From assembly GCF_006345805.1 (NCBI RefSeq), contig NC_043000.1, positions 17,050,001-17,114,000 on the forward strand: 64,000 bases of DNA, written 5' to 3'. Shown here one piece after another: positions 22,914 through 35,279 of the stretch (positions are counted from its first letter, which is position 1; the number at the start of each line of letters is the position of its first letter). The notes beneath the pieces were generated by a model. The model ran no database searches and was not told where the DNA came from. It saw only the letters and a list, made by a program, of their open reading frames with translations. This stretch comes from Octopus sinensis (Eukaryota). The translations under genes and the position numbers were made by a program.

Positions 22914-25215
22914 TTAAACAGATCCAATGAGTAAACCAAAAAATCATTTGAGTGGGATTTAAAAAAAAAAAAATCTAAATAACAAGCAGGGGAGATAATG
23001 CCAACAAAATCAAATAATTGAAATGCTAGAAAATATAGAAGAGACAGTGTGGAAAAAGATAGGTTAAGTGAAACAGAACAGCTGAGGCTAAAGTGTTTAG
23101 AGCAGGATACAGAACATTTATCAGTGAGAGGATACTTTAACAAGGTCAAAACAGTTATATGTAGTATTAGTAATAGCAATTTAACAATACTTGTAACAGT
23201 TGCAAGCAAAGTTATTATTTTCTTCACCATATATATTTTTTTACCACACATTAGTTGGGTAGTTCTACTGACTCCACTATAGCAAATAAAGTAACTATAG
23301 TTTGGTACAGTGACTAACTGACCATATGCAGTTGTATTGCAATGTGTATGCATGTATGATATCTAAGGAGATTGCAAATATTTCCTCACCAAAAATGAAA
23401 ACACACACACATACATACATAGAAAATGCAAGGGTTTGTATTTTTGGTGGGGCTGTGTCCTACTAGTATATCAATTACTAAACTGATGCAGACAATCTGG
23501 ATTATCCAGGTGTGTGTGTGTGTAGCATTAATGAGCAATAAAACAAGCTGAAGAACAATGTTTAACAAATAAGGTATGGGCTTAACACTTGGTAAGAGAC
23601 CGTAACTGACTGTTATAGATGTTAGTCCTTCATGAGAAGGAGTAGCATAAAAGGAATAAGAAAGTCAGTGGGTAAAACACATAAAGGGTTAGAAATCAGT
23701 GGGAATGCTGATCTATTGGGAGTGGGTAGAGTTAAAAAGAGCATAAGGGGCAGGTGTGTAGATGCAAACTTGTGTGTCAGGGTGCCACTGAATGCTGAAT
23801 GGTAGCAACCCTGTGCAGTTTGTTGCATGGTCAGGTCAGCAGTGACTAAACTGGCACACCCACCAGGTCAACCTGGTGAGGAGGGTTATTAGTAATCCAA
23901 TAGGACAAAGGAAAGAACAATATTTGCGCAAAGGAAGGAAGAATGGACCCAACTTAGGGTAATGCCAATCTTGCCAAAGTACACAACAGAACGTACCTGA
24001 GGGTGGCACCTACAAAGTACCTGACCATGCAACAAACTGTACAGGTTTACTACAATGCACAGCCTGACACATAAATTTGCATCTACACACCCATCCCTTC
24101 TACCTTTTCAACCCTACCCCTCCCAATAGAGCAGCAGTCCCACTGGTTTCTAATTCCTAAACCCTTTGTACATTTGTTCTAGCTACGATCATCTCATCTT
24201 TCTTTCCTCCCAGATATTGTACATCTAGCACCACATTTACCAATGTGTCAATGTTTAGCCCCAGGTCAGCCTTGATCTAACAGTGTTATGATCAAAGATG
24301 TTCCAGTTATGTGGGTCCTTTGTTTTATTAAGACACATTGCATCTAGAATTATGTTATCTAATGTATTTCCCCACAACTTTTTTCTTTTAAGATTGCAAG
24401 GTATGATTTAAGAGGTTTTGGGCTGAAATTTCAAGCAGATCAAGTGATTACACAGAGGCTCCTAGTGGCAATGCTAAGATGTATAGATGACAACAATTAT
24501 CTAACCCCAGGTTAGTCCTTATCTAGCCACAGCCATTCTATTCTTTTTGTACTTCACTAAACATATTTAAGATCACTACTGCATTCCAGAGTGTTATGAG
24601 AGAGGGAGAGAGCAAGAGAGATTTGACTACTCTTTCTAGTTGATTGAGTAACTATATAGATACTCTGCTTCAACCTTGGCTCGTGATTACATAAAGACCC
24701 CTTTGTTGGCAGAAGTCCAACAAACTGAGCAAGGACACAATAGTTCTTAGAAATACTGTAACAAGATCCATGGAAAATGGTTCCACAGAATTTACATGCC
24801 AAAGCTGCTGGCATTTATATTCGGTTGTTTTTGTTTTTTCCTCTCAGTAAAAATATTAAGAATACCTGAAATACTTGTCTGAAACATTCTTTTCTTTTTT
24901 ATTTCGTTCCTTTCTTTTTCTCTCCTCAGATTAACTTTATTATTTTAATTAGTTTTAAGCAGCAACTATCAGATTATTAACTCTAATATAATTATTACAA
25001 ATAAGAATTTAATTATTACAGTTACCAAATTAAGCTCGCAATAGTTACTAATAATACTTATTAACATCATTACCATAATTATTATTATTATTATTATTAT
25101 TATACATAATGGATCAAACAGACATTTCCAAGTTAAAAATGTCTGCGACCATCTATTACATTTTATTTACGTTAGTAATACCCTGCTACCATTGCTGCAA
25201 TATACAGAGTGTGTA

Positions 25216-25258
<43 letters not shown>

Positions 25259-25262
25259 TGTC

Positions 25263-25830
25263 AGGTCACTTTCGAGTGCTACTGGTAACATGTAACCCAA
25301 TACAACCTGTTGCATGGTCGGGTTGTCGGCGACTAAACTGGCAACCCCACCAAGCTTGCTTGGTAAGGAGGGTGTTTACTGGACACCCTGCAGGATGAAA
25401 AACAAAACCCGTCAAAGGGCGGAGGAACTCTTGAGAGTCAACGGCCATCCAATAAATGTCTTAAGGCTGTATCATGCGCGGGGACATAGAAATAATCGGA
25501 CTGAATACCCGATCGTACGGTTAAACCATTGGGAGTGGAGAACTCCTAGCCTTTGTTAGGGCATCCTTCTAGGAGAAGCTAACTCAGGTAACTGGGATAA
25601 CTCCGACATAAAACCTGCGGCTCAGTGGTTACCGATGATGTTGACTTGTTCTTCTTTTCGGATTATGGCTGCTGTTGCTTAGTGAGTGGGATTGACTCAG
25701 TGCACAGCCTTTCCTCACTTTAAAAAAAATCTTCTCGCACAGGCATTGCACGATAACAAAATTGATTAAGTTTCGCGCAATGGCCATACTCGATAAAGAG
25801 GGGGCAGCCACCACATATATATAAATGCAG
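25263..25830 (+). mobile_element. Probable LINE (RTE-like) 5' UTR and start of ORF
   Basis: CpG-containing block after (TA)n; motif GTTGCATGGTC.GG...CGACTAAACTGGCA.CCCACCA shared with 23822-23870; weak endonuclease-like remnant downstream. Confidence 0.35.
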
Positions 25831-26050
25831 ATACATTGCCCAATGGTCACAGGGCTGGATTCCTGATAAGGTTATGGGTTTCATTCCCAGACTAAGCAGG
25901 ACATTGAGTCTTTGAGCAAGTCAATTTAATTCCATCATTACTCTAGTTTACTCAGCAGGAAATGAATGCTGACAGCTATGAGGAGTCCTACACTCCCAGT
26001 TGCTTAACAGCTCTGAAACTAGGATGAGCTCCAGCCTAATGAGGCTTTAA

Positions 26051-26659
26051 CCCTTTAGCATTTAAACTGGCTATATCTGGCCAAAACATTCTGCCTGTTT
26101 TATGTTTAGGCCAACCAGATCTGACTTCTCACACCTCCTCTACACTGTCACTCTAAAACTAATAAAATAATTACATCAGTGAAATCTTGAAGATATGTGA
26201 TAATACATGATTAATTCAAAACAATTTTTACTCTTTTACTTATTTCAGTCATTTGACTGCGGCCATGCTGGAGCACCGCTTTTAGTTGAGCAAATCGACC
26301 CCAGGACTTATACTTTGTAAGCGCCTAGTACTTATTCTATCAGTCTCTTTTGCCAAACTGCTAAGTTACAGGGACGTAAACACACCAGCATCGGTTGTCA
26401 AGCGATGTTGTGGAGACAAACACAGATAAACATATATACATATATACGACAGGCTTCTTTCAGTTTCCATCTACCAAATCCACTCACAAGGTTTTGGTCA
26501 GCCCAAGGCTATAGTAGAAGACACTTGCCCAAGGTGCCATGCAGTGGGAATGAACCCTAAACCATGTGGTTGGTAAGCAAGCTACTTACCACACAGCCAC
26601 TCCTGCGCCTGTGAATAAATAAGCATTAGATTTGACAGAGCAATCTGAATGTTAAAGGG
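26051..26659. mobile_element. TTAA MITE interrupted by a CORE-like SINE (26229-26610, minus strand)
   Basis: MITE halves rejoin as AAACAAT/GTGAATAAATAAGC across the SINE. Confidence 0.75.
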
Positions 26660-26873
26660 GTAAGGCTTGAGACAGGCTTTTTTAGATAATGAAAAAGCCT
26701 ATACATCCTTTAAAATCATTTGCTGTCTTTATAAGGACATGCATAGCGCTTCATTTAATCATACAGATATGAACAGAAATTATTATTACTGACAGAATAA
26801 ACAGTGGTTTCAATCACTTACAGTACTAGATTAATATTTATTTTACCAACACCGGAAAACTGAAAGGCAAAGC

Positions 26874-27304
26874 GGATCTTTTCGGTTTGAACAACAGTTT
26901 TTTCTAGCGATGTCATATGAAATTGTAACCCATAATTATGACCCTAGAATCGAGCTATTGCATTTCAATCTGTTTTAGGGTTAGGGTTAGTTTGGGTTAG
27001 GGTTAGGGGTGGGGGAAGGGTATCTTTTTTTCTTCACAAATGTAAATAAACCCAATCTGTTTCTTAAACGAGGGACATATTCATACAGCACAGAATGCTT
27101 TTTAACTCAATAGATGTCATTGATTGGTTGAAATTGCAGAAATTGAAGAAAAAAAACAACAAATATCTTACAACCTATAGAATCTTCTCAATAAAGCCAA
27201 GAGAAAAAGATGTTTTATAAACACATTCTACCAGTATACGATTTTAAAATTTTTTGGTTACCTAGAAATTATGTTAAAAACTGCCGTTCAAACCGAAAAG
27301 ATCT
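26874..27304. mobile_element. MITE with ~27-bp TIRs and 8-bp TSD (hAT- or Merlin-like)
   Basis: GGATCTTTTCGGTTTGAAC...GTTCAAACCGAAAAGATCT; TSD GGCAAAGC at 26866-26873 and 27305-27312; internal TTAGGG run. Confidence 0.8.
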
Positions 27305-27898
27305 GGCAAAGCTGACCTAGGTGGGACTGGAACTCAGAAATATAAAGGTGACTAAATACCAGGCAAAATACCTCTGAATTATTGTTAGCCCGCTGGACAA
27401 AATGATTTGCAACATTTTATCCTTCTTCATCTTCTCACTTCAGATTCCACCAAGGTTGACTTTGCCCTTCATCCCTTTTAGGGGTTGATAAAATAAGTAC
27501 CAGTTGAGTACTGAGTAGCGTAACTGGCCAGCCCCCTCCCCCAAAATTTCAGGTTGTGTGCCTATAGTAGAAAGGAGCATTTAGTTACATTCTGAGTATA
27601 GATCTGACCAAGGCTGACTTTACCTTCCATATTTCTAAGGGGCGAATAGAATATAACACCAGTTAAGTACTAGGATCGATATAACTGACTGTTCCCACCC
27701 TCACTTCCCCTCAAAGCCTGTGGCCCTGTGTCTATAAGAAATTCTTATTGTCATTAATCAGGTGATGTGGTGAGCTGGTAGAGTATCAAACAAAATGCTT
27801 AGTGGCATTTCTTTCAGCTCTTTACATTCTGGGTTCAAATACCACCAAGATCAACTTTGCCCTTTAACTTTTTGTAGGGGTGATAAAATAAAGTATCA

Positions 27899-28062
27899 GG
27901 TGTAGGAGTGGCTGTGTGGTAAGTAGCTTGTTTACCAACCACATGGTTCCGGGTTCGGTCCCACTGCGTAGCACCTTAGGCAAGTGTCTTCTACTATAGC
28001 CTCGGGCCGACCAAAACCTTGTGAGTGGATTTGGTAGACAGAAACTGAAAAAAAGCCTGTCG

Positions 28063-28103
<41 letters not shown>

Positions 28104-28203
28104 ATATGTTTGTGTGTCTGGGGTTGATTTGCTCAACTAAAGGCAGTGCTCCAGCATGGCCACAGTCAAATGACTGAAACAAGTAAAAGAGAGAGAGAGA
28201 GAG
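27899..28203 (+). mobile_element. CORE-like SINE with internal deletion
   Basis: Head and tail present; segment between the (TG)n and the GGGGTTGATTTG motif missing. Confidence 0.8.
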
Positions 28204-28772
28204 TCAAGTGCTGAGCTTCATGCAATTGACTACTGTTTCTATCCATGAAATTATTGGTCACATGCTAGAATTTGAAATAATAATAATTATTACTACAACT
28301 ATAAAGTTTTATTATTTTTCTTAATTTTTTGTTCAACACTGGTGAAAGCAAAACCCCATTTTCTTTAATTACATCAGTAAAATCCATGAAAAGATGAATC
28401 ATCAAAGATGGATGGTGGAACATTAAAAGCATAGTACTTTGTAATATTCATCTGTTCTTATGATCCGAGTTCAAATTCTGCCGAGGTCAACTTTGCCTTT
28501 CATCCTTTTGGGGTTGATAAAATAAGTACCAGTTGAGCATTGGGGATGTTGTAATCAACTTGACCCCTCCCCTGAAATTGTTGGCCTTGTGCCAAAATTT
28601 GAAACCAATATTTAGTTAAATTAATTTGGTGAGCTGGTAGAATGGTTTGCATGCTGGGCAAAATGCTTAGTGACATTTCATCCATTTTTTACATTCTGAG
28701 TTCAAATTTCATCAAGGTCAACCTTGCCTTTCATCCTTTTTGGGATTGATAAAACAAGTACCAGTAGTGCGT

Positions 28773-29106
28773 GGAGGCACAATGGCCCAGTGGTTAGGGC
28801 AGCGGACTCGCGGTCATAGGATCGCGGTTTCGATTTCCAGACCGGGCGTTGTGAGTGTTTATTGAGCGAAAACACCTAAAAGCTCCACAAAAAGCTCCAC
28901 TCTTACTTCCTGTTTCTGTTGTACCTGTATTTCAAAGGGCCGGCCTTGTCACACTCTGTGTCACGCTGAATATCCCCGAGAACTACGTTAAGGGTACACG
29001 TGTCTGTGGAGTGCTCAGCCACTTACACGTTAATTTCACGAGCAGGCTGTTCCGTTGATTCGGATCAACCGGAACCCTCATCGTCGTAACCGACGGAGTG
29101 CTTCCA
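28773..29106 (+). mobile_element. SINE family A (internally deleted) inserted into a Meta-like SINE
   Basis: 11-bp TSD ACCAGTAGTGC; the host SINE continues on both sides. Confidence 0.85.
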
Positions 29107-30302
29107 CCAGTAGTGCACTGGAATCAAAGAAATCAACTTACCCTTTACCCTGAAATTACTGGTCTGGTGCCAAAATTTAAAACCAATGTGTAATTAAGTT
29201 CCTCTTACATTAACAGGTTTTTAAACCATCCAATGTCAACTTAATATTTTATCTTTTTCAGAGCTAATACAGTAACAGTAATACACCAAGGTCAATCGCA
29301 TCAACTATTACAAACTTATGGTTTTGTGTCTAATAAAATTAGAAATGACTTTTTATAATGCATGAACATAAACCCTTTTGTTATTATTTTTATGTTGCAA
29401 TAAACCGCTGTTCTTTCAATTGATTTTAAAAAATAAAGAAAGGAACATAAATAGCATAAAATTTTGATGGAAGATTTCAATATTAATATTACTTTAGCTT
29501 TTTAGCATTCAGATTATTCTATCAAATGTAATGCTTATTTATTAAAATTCTTTTGAATTAACCATGCTTTATCTCATAGCTTCAAGATATCAATGATGTG
29601 ATTTTTTTCTTTTAAGATTAACATTGTAACATAGATGTGAGATAATGGATGTGGCTGGTTTGAACACATAACAGCAAGAATATTTGGGTTGGATATGGCC
29701 AGTTTACGTGACAAAGGGTTAAAATTAGTAGGTTTGTGTCACAGAACCATGTGTAAGTCTTGGGCAGGTTGGTATCAAATGGATTAACGGCAGCAAGTTG
29801 GCAGAAACAGAGTACCAAGCTGTTTTGCAGTATTTAGTTACGTCATTCTTCATTTTGAGTTCAAATCCTTCCAGAGTGGATTTAGTATGTTGTCCTACTG
29901 GGTTCAAGTAAAAAGCCTTGTCAGGGGATATGGTAGACGGAAACTGAAAGAAGCCCGTCTAAAGACCTGGACTAAACAACAACACACACCAACACAATGT
30001 GTGCGTGTGTGTGTATCTTTGTGTCTGTGTTTGTTCCCCCACCATTGCTTGACAACCGATTTTGGTGTTTAGGTCCCCATAACTTAGCGGTTCGACAAAA
30101 AGAAACCCATAGGATAAGTACTAGGCTTACAAAGAATAAGTCCTGGGGGTCGATCTTTTTGACTAAAAAAAAACAACTCAAGAGGGTGTTCCAGCATGGC
30201 CGCAGTCAAGCGACTGAAACAAGCAAAGGAATAAAATTTGAAATACCATTCCATAAGCTAAATGATAAAAAAAAAAGTAAGCAAGTAAACAAATAAAATG
30301 AA

Positions 30303-30384
30303 TGGCCTGCAACGGACTCGAACTCATGAACCACAAGATATTCCAATTAGTTTATCGACTCAGCCAGTTTGCTTGTAAACCTGA
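30303..30384 (-). pseudogene. Degenerate tRNA-like sequence
   Basis: Minus strand has TGGCTGAGTCG (A-box-like) and GAGTTCGAGTCCGTTGCAGGCCA (B-box and acceptor-like); cloverleaf imperfect. Confidence 0.3.
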
Positions 30385-30719
30385 GTACGTTTGCTTTAAG
30401 TAAAAATCCTTATCGTCAGTACAGAAATTAATAAAGCCAAAAAAGGAAAAAAAAAACCATTACAATAAAATCAATAAACAAAATTTTAAACCGGTTCAGA
30501 CACACCCCACAACAAGCAAAGGGGGTATCTCTCTTCTGGCCACTGGAATTGCTAGAAACAGTAACCAAATATATCTAAAATCACACTCATTGGATTAACC
30601 AGTTCTCGAGACATTTGTGAAAAGATGGCACGGTCACGGCTGGAATGCCATAGCTTCTAAGTCTGTTCGGTCAGGGTTGATCTGGGCTAAACAACAACAA
30701 CACACACCAACCCAATTTA

Positions 30720-31075
30720 AATACCTATTTCTTTATTACCCACAAGGGGCTAAACACAGAGGGGACAAACAAGGACAGACATAGGTATTAAGTCGATTAC
30801 ATCGACCCCAGTGCGTAACTGGTACTTAATTTATCGACCCCGAAAGGATGAAAGGCAAAGTCGACCTCGGCGGAATTTGAACTCACAACGTAAATACCTA
30901 TTTCTTTATTACCCACAAGGGGCTAAACATAGAGGGGACAAACAAGGACAGACATAGGTATTAAGTCGATTACATCGACCCCCCCCCCAGTGCGTAACTG
31001 GTACTTAATTTATCGACCCCGAAAGGATGAAAGGCAAAGTCGACCTCGGCGGAATTTGAACTCACAACGTAAATA
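30720..31075 (-). mobile_element. Head-to-tail dimer of Meta-like SINE 3' parts
   Basis: Two ~175-bp units joined at GAAATAGGTATTT|ACGTTGTGAGTTC (minus sense). Confidence 0.85.
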
Positions 31076-31254
31076 CCATTCCGCCCACATGCTATTTATT
31101 ACATTAACACAGCTGTCCATACACCAAACCCAGCCCAACCTCACCACACCACACAGGTAATGGTACTATTTGGCAGCGTTTGCTCAACCAACACCAACAC
31201 GAGGAGCTGGCACACCATTGCGAAAACTAATATGAAGAAAAGTAGGAGAGGAGA

Positions 31255-31299
<45 letters not shown>

Positions 31300-32431
31300 A
31301 AGAGTGAGTAAGAGTACCGACTACTATTTTATGGCTGGCGTGACCCAGATTTCAGCTGAACTTCGAAAAGTTTATTACGAGAAACAAGAAGGGAGGAAAG
31401 TATGGACGGAGAGGTCAATCTATCTTTCCTATCTGTGTCTATCCTATTTACCTGTCAGTCAGTCAGTCAGTCAAAGAACCCCACCCCCTGCTTTTTTGCA
31501 CATACGTCCCTGGTCTCTCACCTTCATATCTCGTTTTTATCTATATATCTAGATCTGTTTAACCGACCCCACCTTGCGAATTGCAGCTGCCTATCTTTCT
31601 CAAAAACGAAAAAAGAAAAAAGAGTAATCAAATTAAAAATACTTTCACTCTGTTTTACACTAAAATTCTCATGAATGATAGAATAAAAAATAAAAGAAAA
31701 AGCACCTCACCTCAAATGTCTATTTTTGTGCTTAAATTTAATAACGTGCAACAATAAGAAAACAGAAACCCCTGTACATAATGAGCTAGTCTTGGTTCAC
31801 CTTGAGGGGAGGGTAGATAAAGTACGTATGGTTAAGTCAGTCTTGTGGTAATACAGACAGCTGCAAGTCGGTAAGGAGAGGAGGGTAGAAGCAAGGGGAG
31901 GGCACACTACACCCCCGCCTAACAGAATACTTGTAGGCAGTGCAACTTTCATCCAGGCGCGTGTAGATGGGGTCCCGACAGGAGGGAGTAAGTGTGGAAG
32001 CTAGGTGAATTAGGTATTAGCCGAGTTGATTGGCGGGTCAGCTTACTGTTCATGACTTTGGTAGCAGCGAGTATAAATGTGATATTTGTTACTACAGCCC
32101 AGACATTAAGACATTTTATACTGCCTTGTCTAACTGATTACACGTAACACCCACGAATGTAAGATATCCATTCATTTATTTATTGTGCTGGAGTTACATA
32201 ATTGCGGAAGAAGCACTCAATAGTATTAAAAAAAAAAGTGTGGCTAGCTTTAAGTGGGGGGTGAATGAATTTATCAAACACTAATAACTATATAAAGGCG
32301 GTGCTCCAGCAAGGCCGCAGTCAAATGACTGAAACAAGTAAAAGAATAATATACTAGACATTTTAGACTTTAATAATAGCTTTCTTTCAGTAAAAGTTAT
32401 TTAATTTAACTACTTAATAAGCAGCTTTCTT

Positions 32432-32644
32432 TGATATATATATATGTGTGTGTGTGTGTTGTGTACATATATATATGTGTGTGTGTGTGTGTGTGTACAT
32501 ATATATATATGTGTGTGTGTGTGTACATATATATATGTGTGTGTGTGTATATATATATGTGTGTGTGTGTATATATATATATGTGTGTGTGTACATATAT
32601 ATATGTGTGTGTGTGTGTACATATATATGTGTGTGTGTGTGTAC

Positions 32645-32685
<41 letters not shown>

Positions 32686-32745
32686 CATATATATATATAT
32701 ATATACACATATGTACACACATATCTATATGTGTGTGCGTGTGTG
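32432..32745. repeat. Compound (TA)n(TG)n microsatellite
   Basis: Alternating GTACATATATAT/GTGTGT blocks. Confidence 0.9.
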
Positions 32746-33525
32746 TGGAGCAAACCATAATATAGACACACAAAAATGTAGTGGATTTAGCGAACTAAAC
32801 AATTCCACCCCCAACACCAAACACACAAAAGCGTACTCTATATAGAATTACACTACAAGCACACACACACTATATCTTTCATATACTACTGAACACATAC
32901 ACACGAAAAGGTCGCCGTTTCCAGCTGTTTTTGAAAACGTGTGTGTGTGTGTGTGTGAAGGATGTCGTCAGTTTTCAGATGTAGTATAACTTTTGTAAAG
33001 ACTCAAGTTTATGGTAGACTGGTTGCACACATAACACGTACCACTAAACACATTAGACACGACTCGCTTGATCTTGATTATGACGAAACATTCACCATAC
33101 AAACTTTACAAACTTCTCATACTGTAGCTGAAAAAGTTCACTATAGAGATGTCAGGTATTGCACCACACACACACACAGATCGGCGAGTCGAAGAAATAC
33201 TGGCGTTCAGTAACACAAGATAAAATCTCGATCTCTCCTTGGGCAGGACCTATTCTATTTCTCAAAGAGAAGTCGAACAAGTCAACATACATCAAAGACA
33301 TTGCAACTGCGTCTGCTCATCTGAATTAGCAACCGTATATTCCCCCATATTTTTTCGGTATACAAGTCGAATTTTTCAGACGAAAAGTTACAGTAAAAAA
33401 AAACTAAGTAGATTTATACACCAAGATGACTTTGGAGGACCAAACAATTCCATGTAAAATGCAAGATTTGGAAAGATAGCGACGATGTTTGACTATTTAC
33501 ACATATTTATATACCAAGTCGATAA

Positions 33526-34050
33526 GGCGGCGAGCTGGCAGAATCGTTAGCACGTCGGGCGAAATGCTTAGCGGTATTTCGGCGGCCGCTACGTTCTGAG
33601 TTCAAATTCCGCCGAAGTCGGCTTTGCCTTTCATCCTTTCGGGGTCGATTAAATAAGTACCAGTCACATAATGGGGTCGATATAATCGACTTAATCCATT
33701 TGTCTGTCCTTGTTTGTCCTCTCTGAGTTTAGACCCTTGTGGGTAGTAAAGAAATAGGTATTTCGTCTGCCACTACGTTCTGAGCTCAAATTCCGCCGAG
33801 GCCGGCTTTGCCTTTCATCCTTTCGGGGTCGATTAAATAAGTACCAGTCACGTAATGGGGTCGATATAATCGACTTAATCCTTTTGTCTGGCCTTGTTTG
33901 TCCCCTCTGAGTTTAGCCCCCTGTGGGTAAAGAAATAACGTTCTGAGTTCAAATTCCGTCGAGGTCGACTTTGCCTTTCATCCTTTCGGGGTCGATAAAT
34001 TAAGTACCAGTTACGCACCGGGGTCGATATAACCGACTTAAGCCCTTGTG
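33526..34050 (+). mobile_element. Head-to-tail trimer of Meta-like SINE
   Basis: Full unit at 33526, followed by 5'-truncated units starting at ~33757 and ~33937. Confidence 0.85.
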
Positions 34051-34892
34051 TGTTAAATAATAAGGCACTAACAGAGAATGATTCTCCCCAGACAATAAAA
34101 TACGCTTGAACACACGAATTCACATAAAGAATCTTTCAAACCAAATACAAAAACGAAATATATATAACGGGTTGTGTGTGTGGTGTGGAAGAGATAGAGA
34201 GAGAGTGACGCCTATATACAGTGCTGTTTCAAGGTACGACCACAATAGGCAGTTTTCCGAGAGCCCTATGGCTCTAGGGGCCCAACACTAATCTATATTT
34301 GCTGTAGCTTACTGTCTATAAATAAACACTATAATAAGCTATAAATATTTGTTGTTATTGAAAATATACATCTTTAAAATAAATTACAATTTCTGTGGTT
34401 GTGTGTAGAGGCTCCAGTGCATTGCTTGCCACTTAAAATGCTGATTAAACAAACGCGCTTTAGCCGTAATAATTGAGTTTTTTGGGGGAGAAAAGATATC
34501 TAATATATTCTTTGCTTTTTTCTTAAGCAATAGATGTATGACTTGAGGGAAATACAACTGCTATTTTTAGGAGGCTGAGTAACCTTGTAGAAAATTTATT
34601 TTTTGGTTTGACAAGAGTTGAGTCTGTTTCATGTAAGTGTGCAGTTGCTGTTGAATTGAAACAAGCTTCTAAAACTAATCACTTAATCCTCCTACCCTCA
34701 ATACATATGAAAGTTCCCATTGATGGCGGGAGATAGCTCAGGTCATCTGCAAACAAAGATATACGGGAAGCAAGGGCTTACCAAACATCAACGTTGCTGC
34801 TTAGTCACAGGTTAGCCTTGATCCAATAAACCTGATCTCTAACAGTGCTAACTGGGAATCTCTCGGCGAAAGCACATCCGTAAAATAAAATC

Positions 34893-35279
34893 GCAGGAGT
34901 GGCTGTGTGGTAAGTAGCTTGCTTACGAACCACATGGTCCCGGGTTCAGTCCCACTGCGTGGCACCTTGGGCAACTATCTTCTACTATAGCCTCGGGCCG
35001 ACCAATGCCTTGTGAGTGGATTTGGTAAACGGAAACTGAAAGAAGCCTGTCGTATATATGTATATGTATGTATGTGTGTGTTTGTCCCCCTAGCACTGCT
35101 TGACAACCGATGCTGGTGTGTTTACGTCCCCGTCACTTAGCGGTTCGGCATAAGAGACCGATAGAATAAGTACTGGGCTTACAACGAATAAGTTCCGGGG
35201 TTGATTTGCTCGACTAAAGGCGGTGCTCCAGCATGGCCGCAGTCAAATGACTGAAACAAGTAAAAGAGTAAAAGAGTAT
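34893..35279 (+). mobile_element. CORE-like SINE, full length
   Basis: Complete head, CORE-like domain and (AAAAGAGT)n tail. Confidence 0.9.

Noticed and set aside
22850-23353. 167-aa minus-strand ORF
   Set aside because: Low-information AT-rich translation crossing a MITE end; no domain similarity
24557-24930. Possible host exon (CxxC-containing minus ORF; strong pyrimidine-AG sites)
   Set aside because: No open frame bounded by a consistent acceptor/donor pair; no recognisable protein
32190-32250. CGGAAGAAGCACTCAATAGT..., a possible eroded HHR
   Set aside because: Core, stem II and GAAA are all damaged; not supportable
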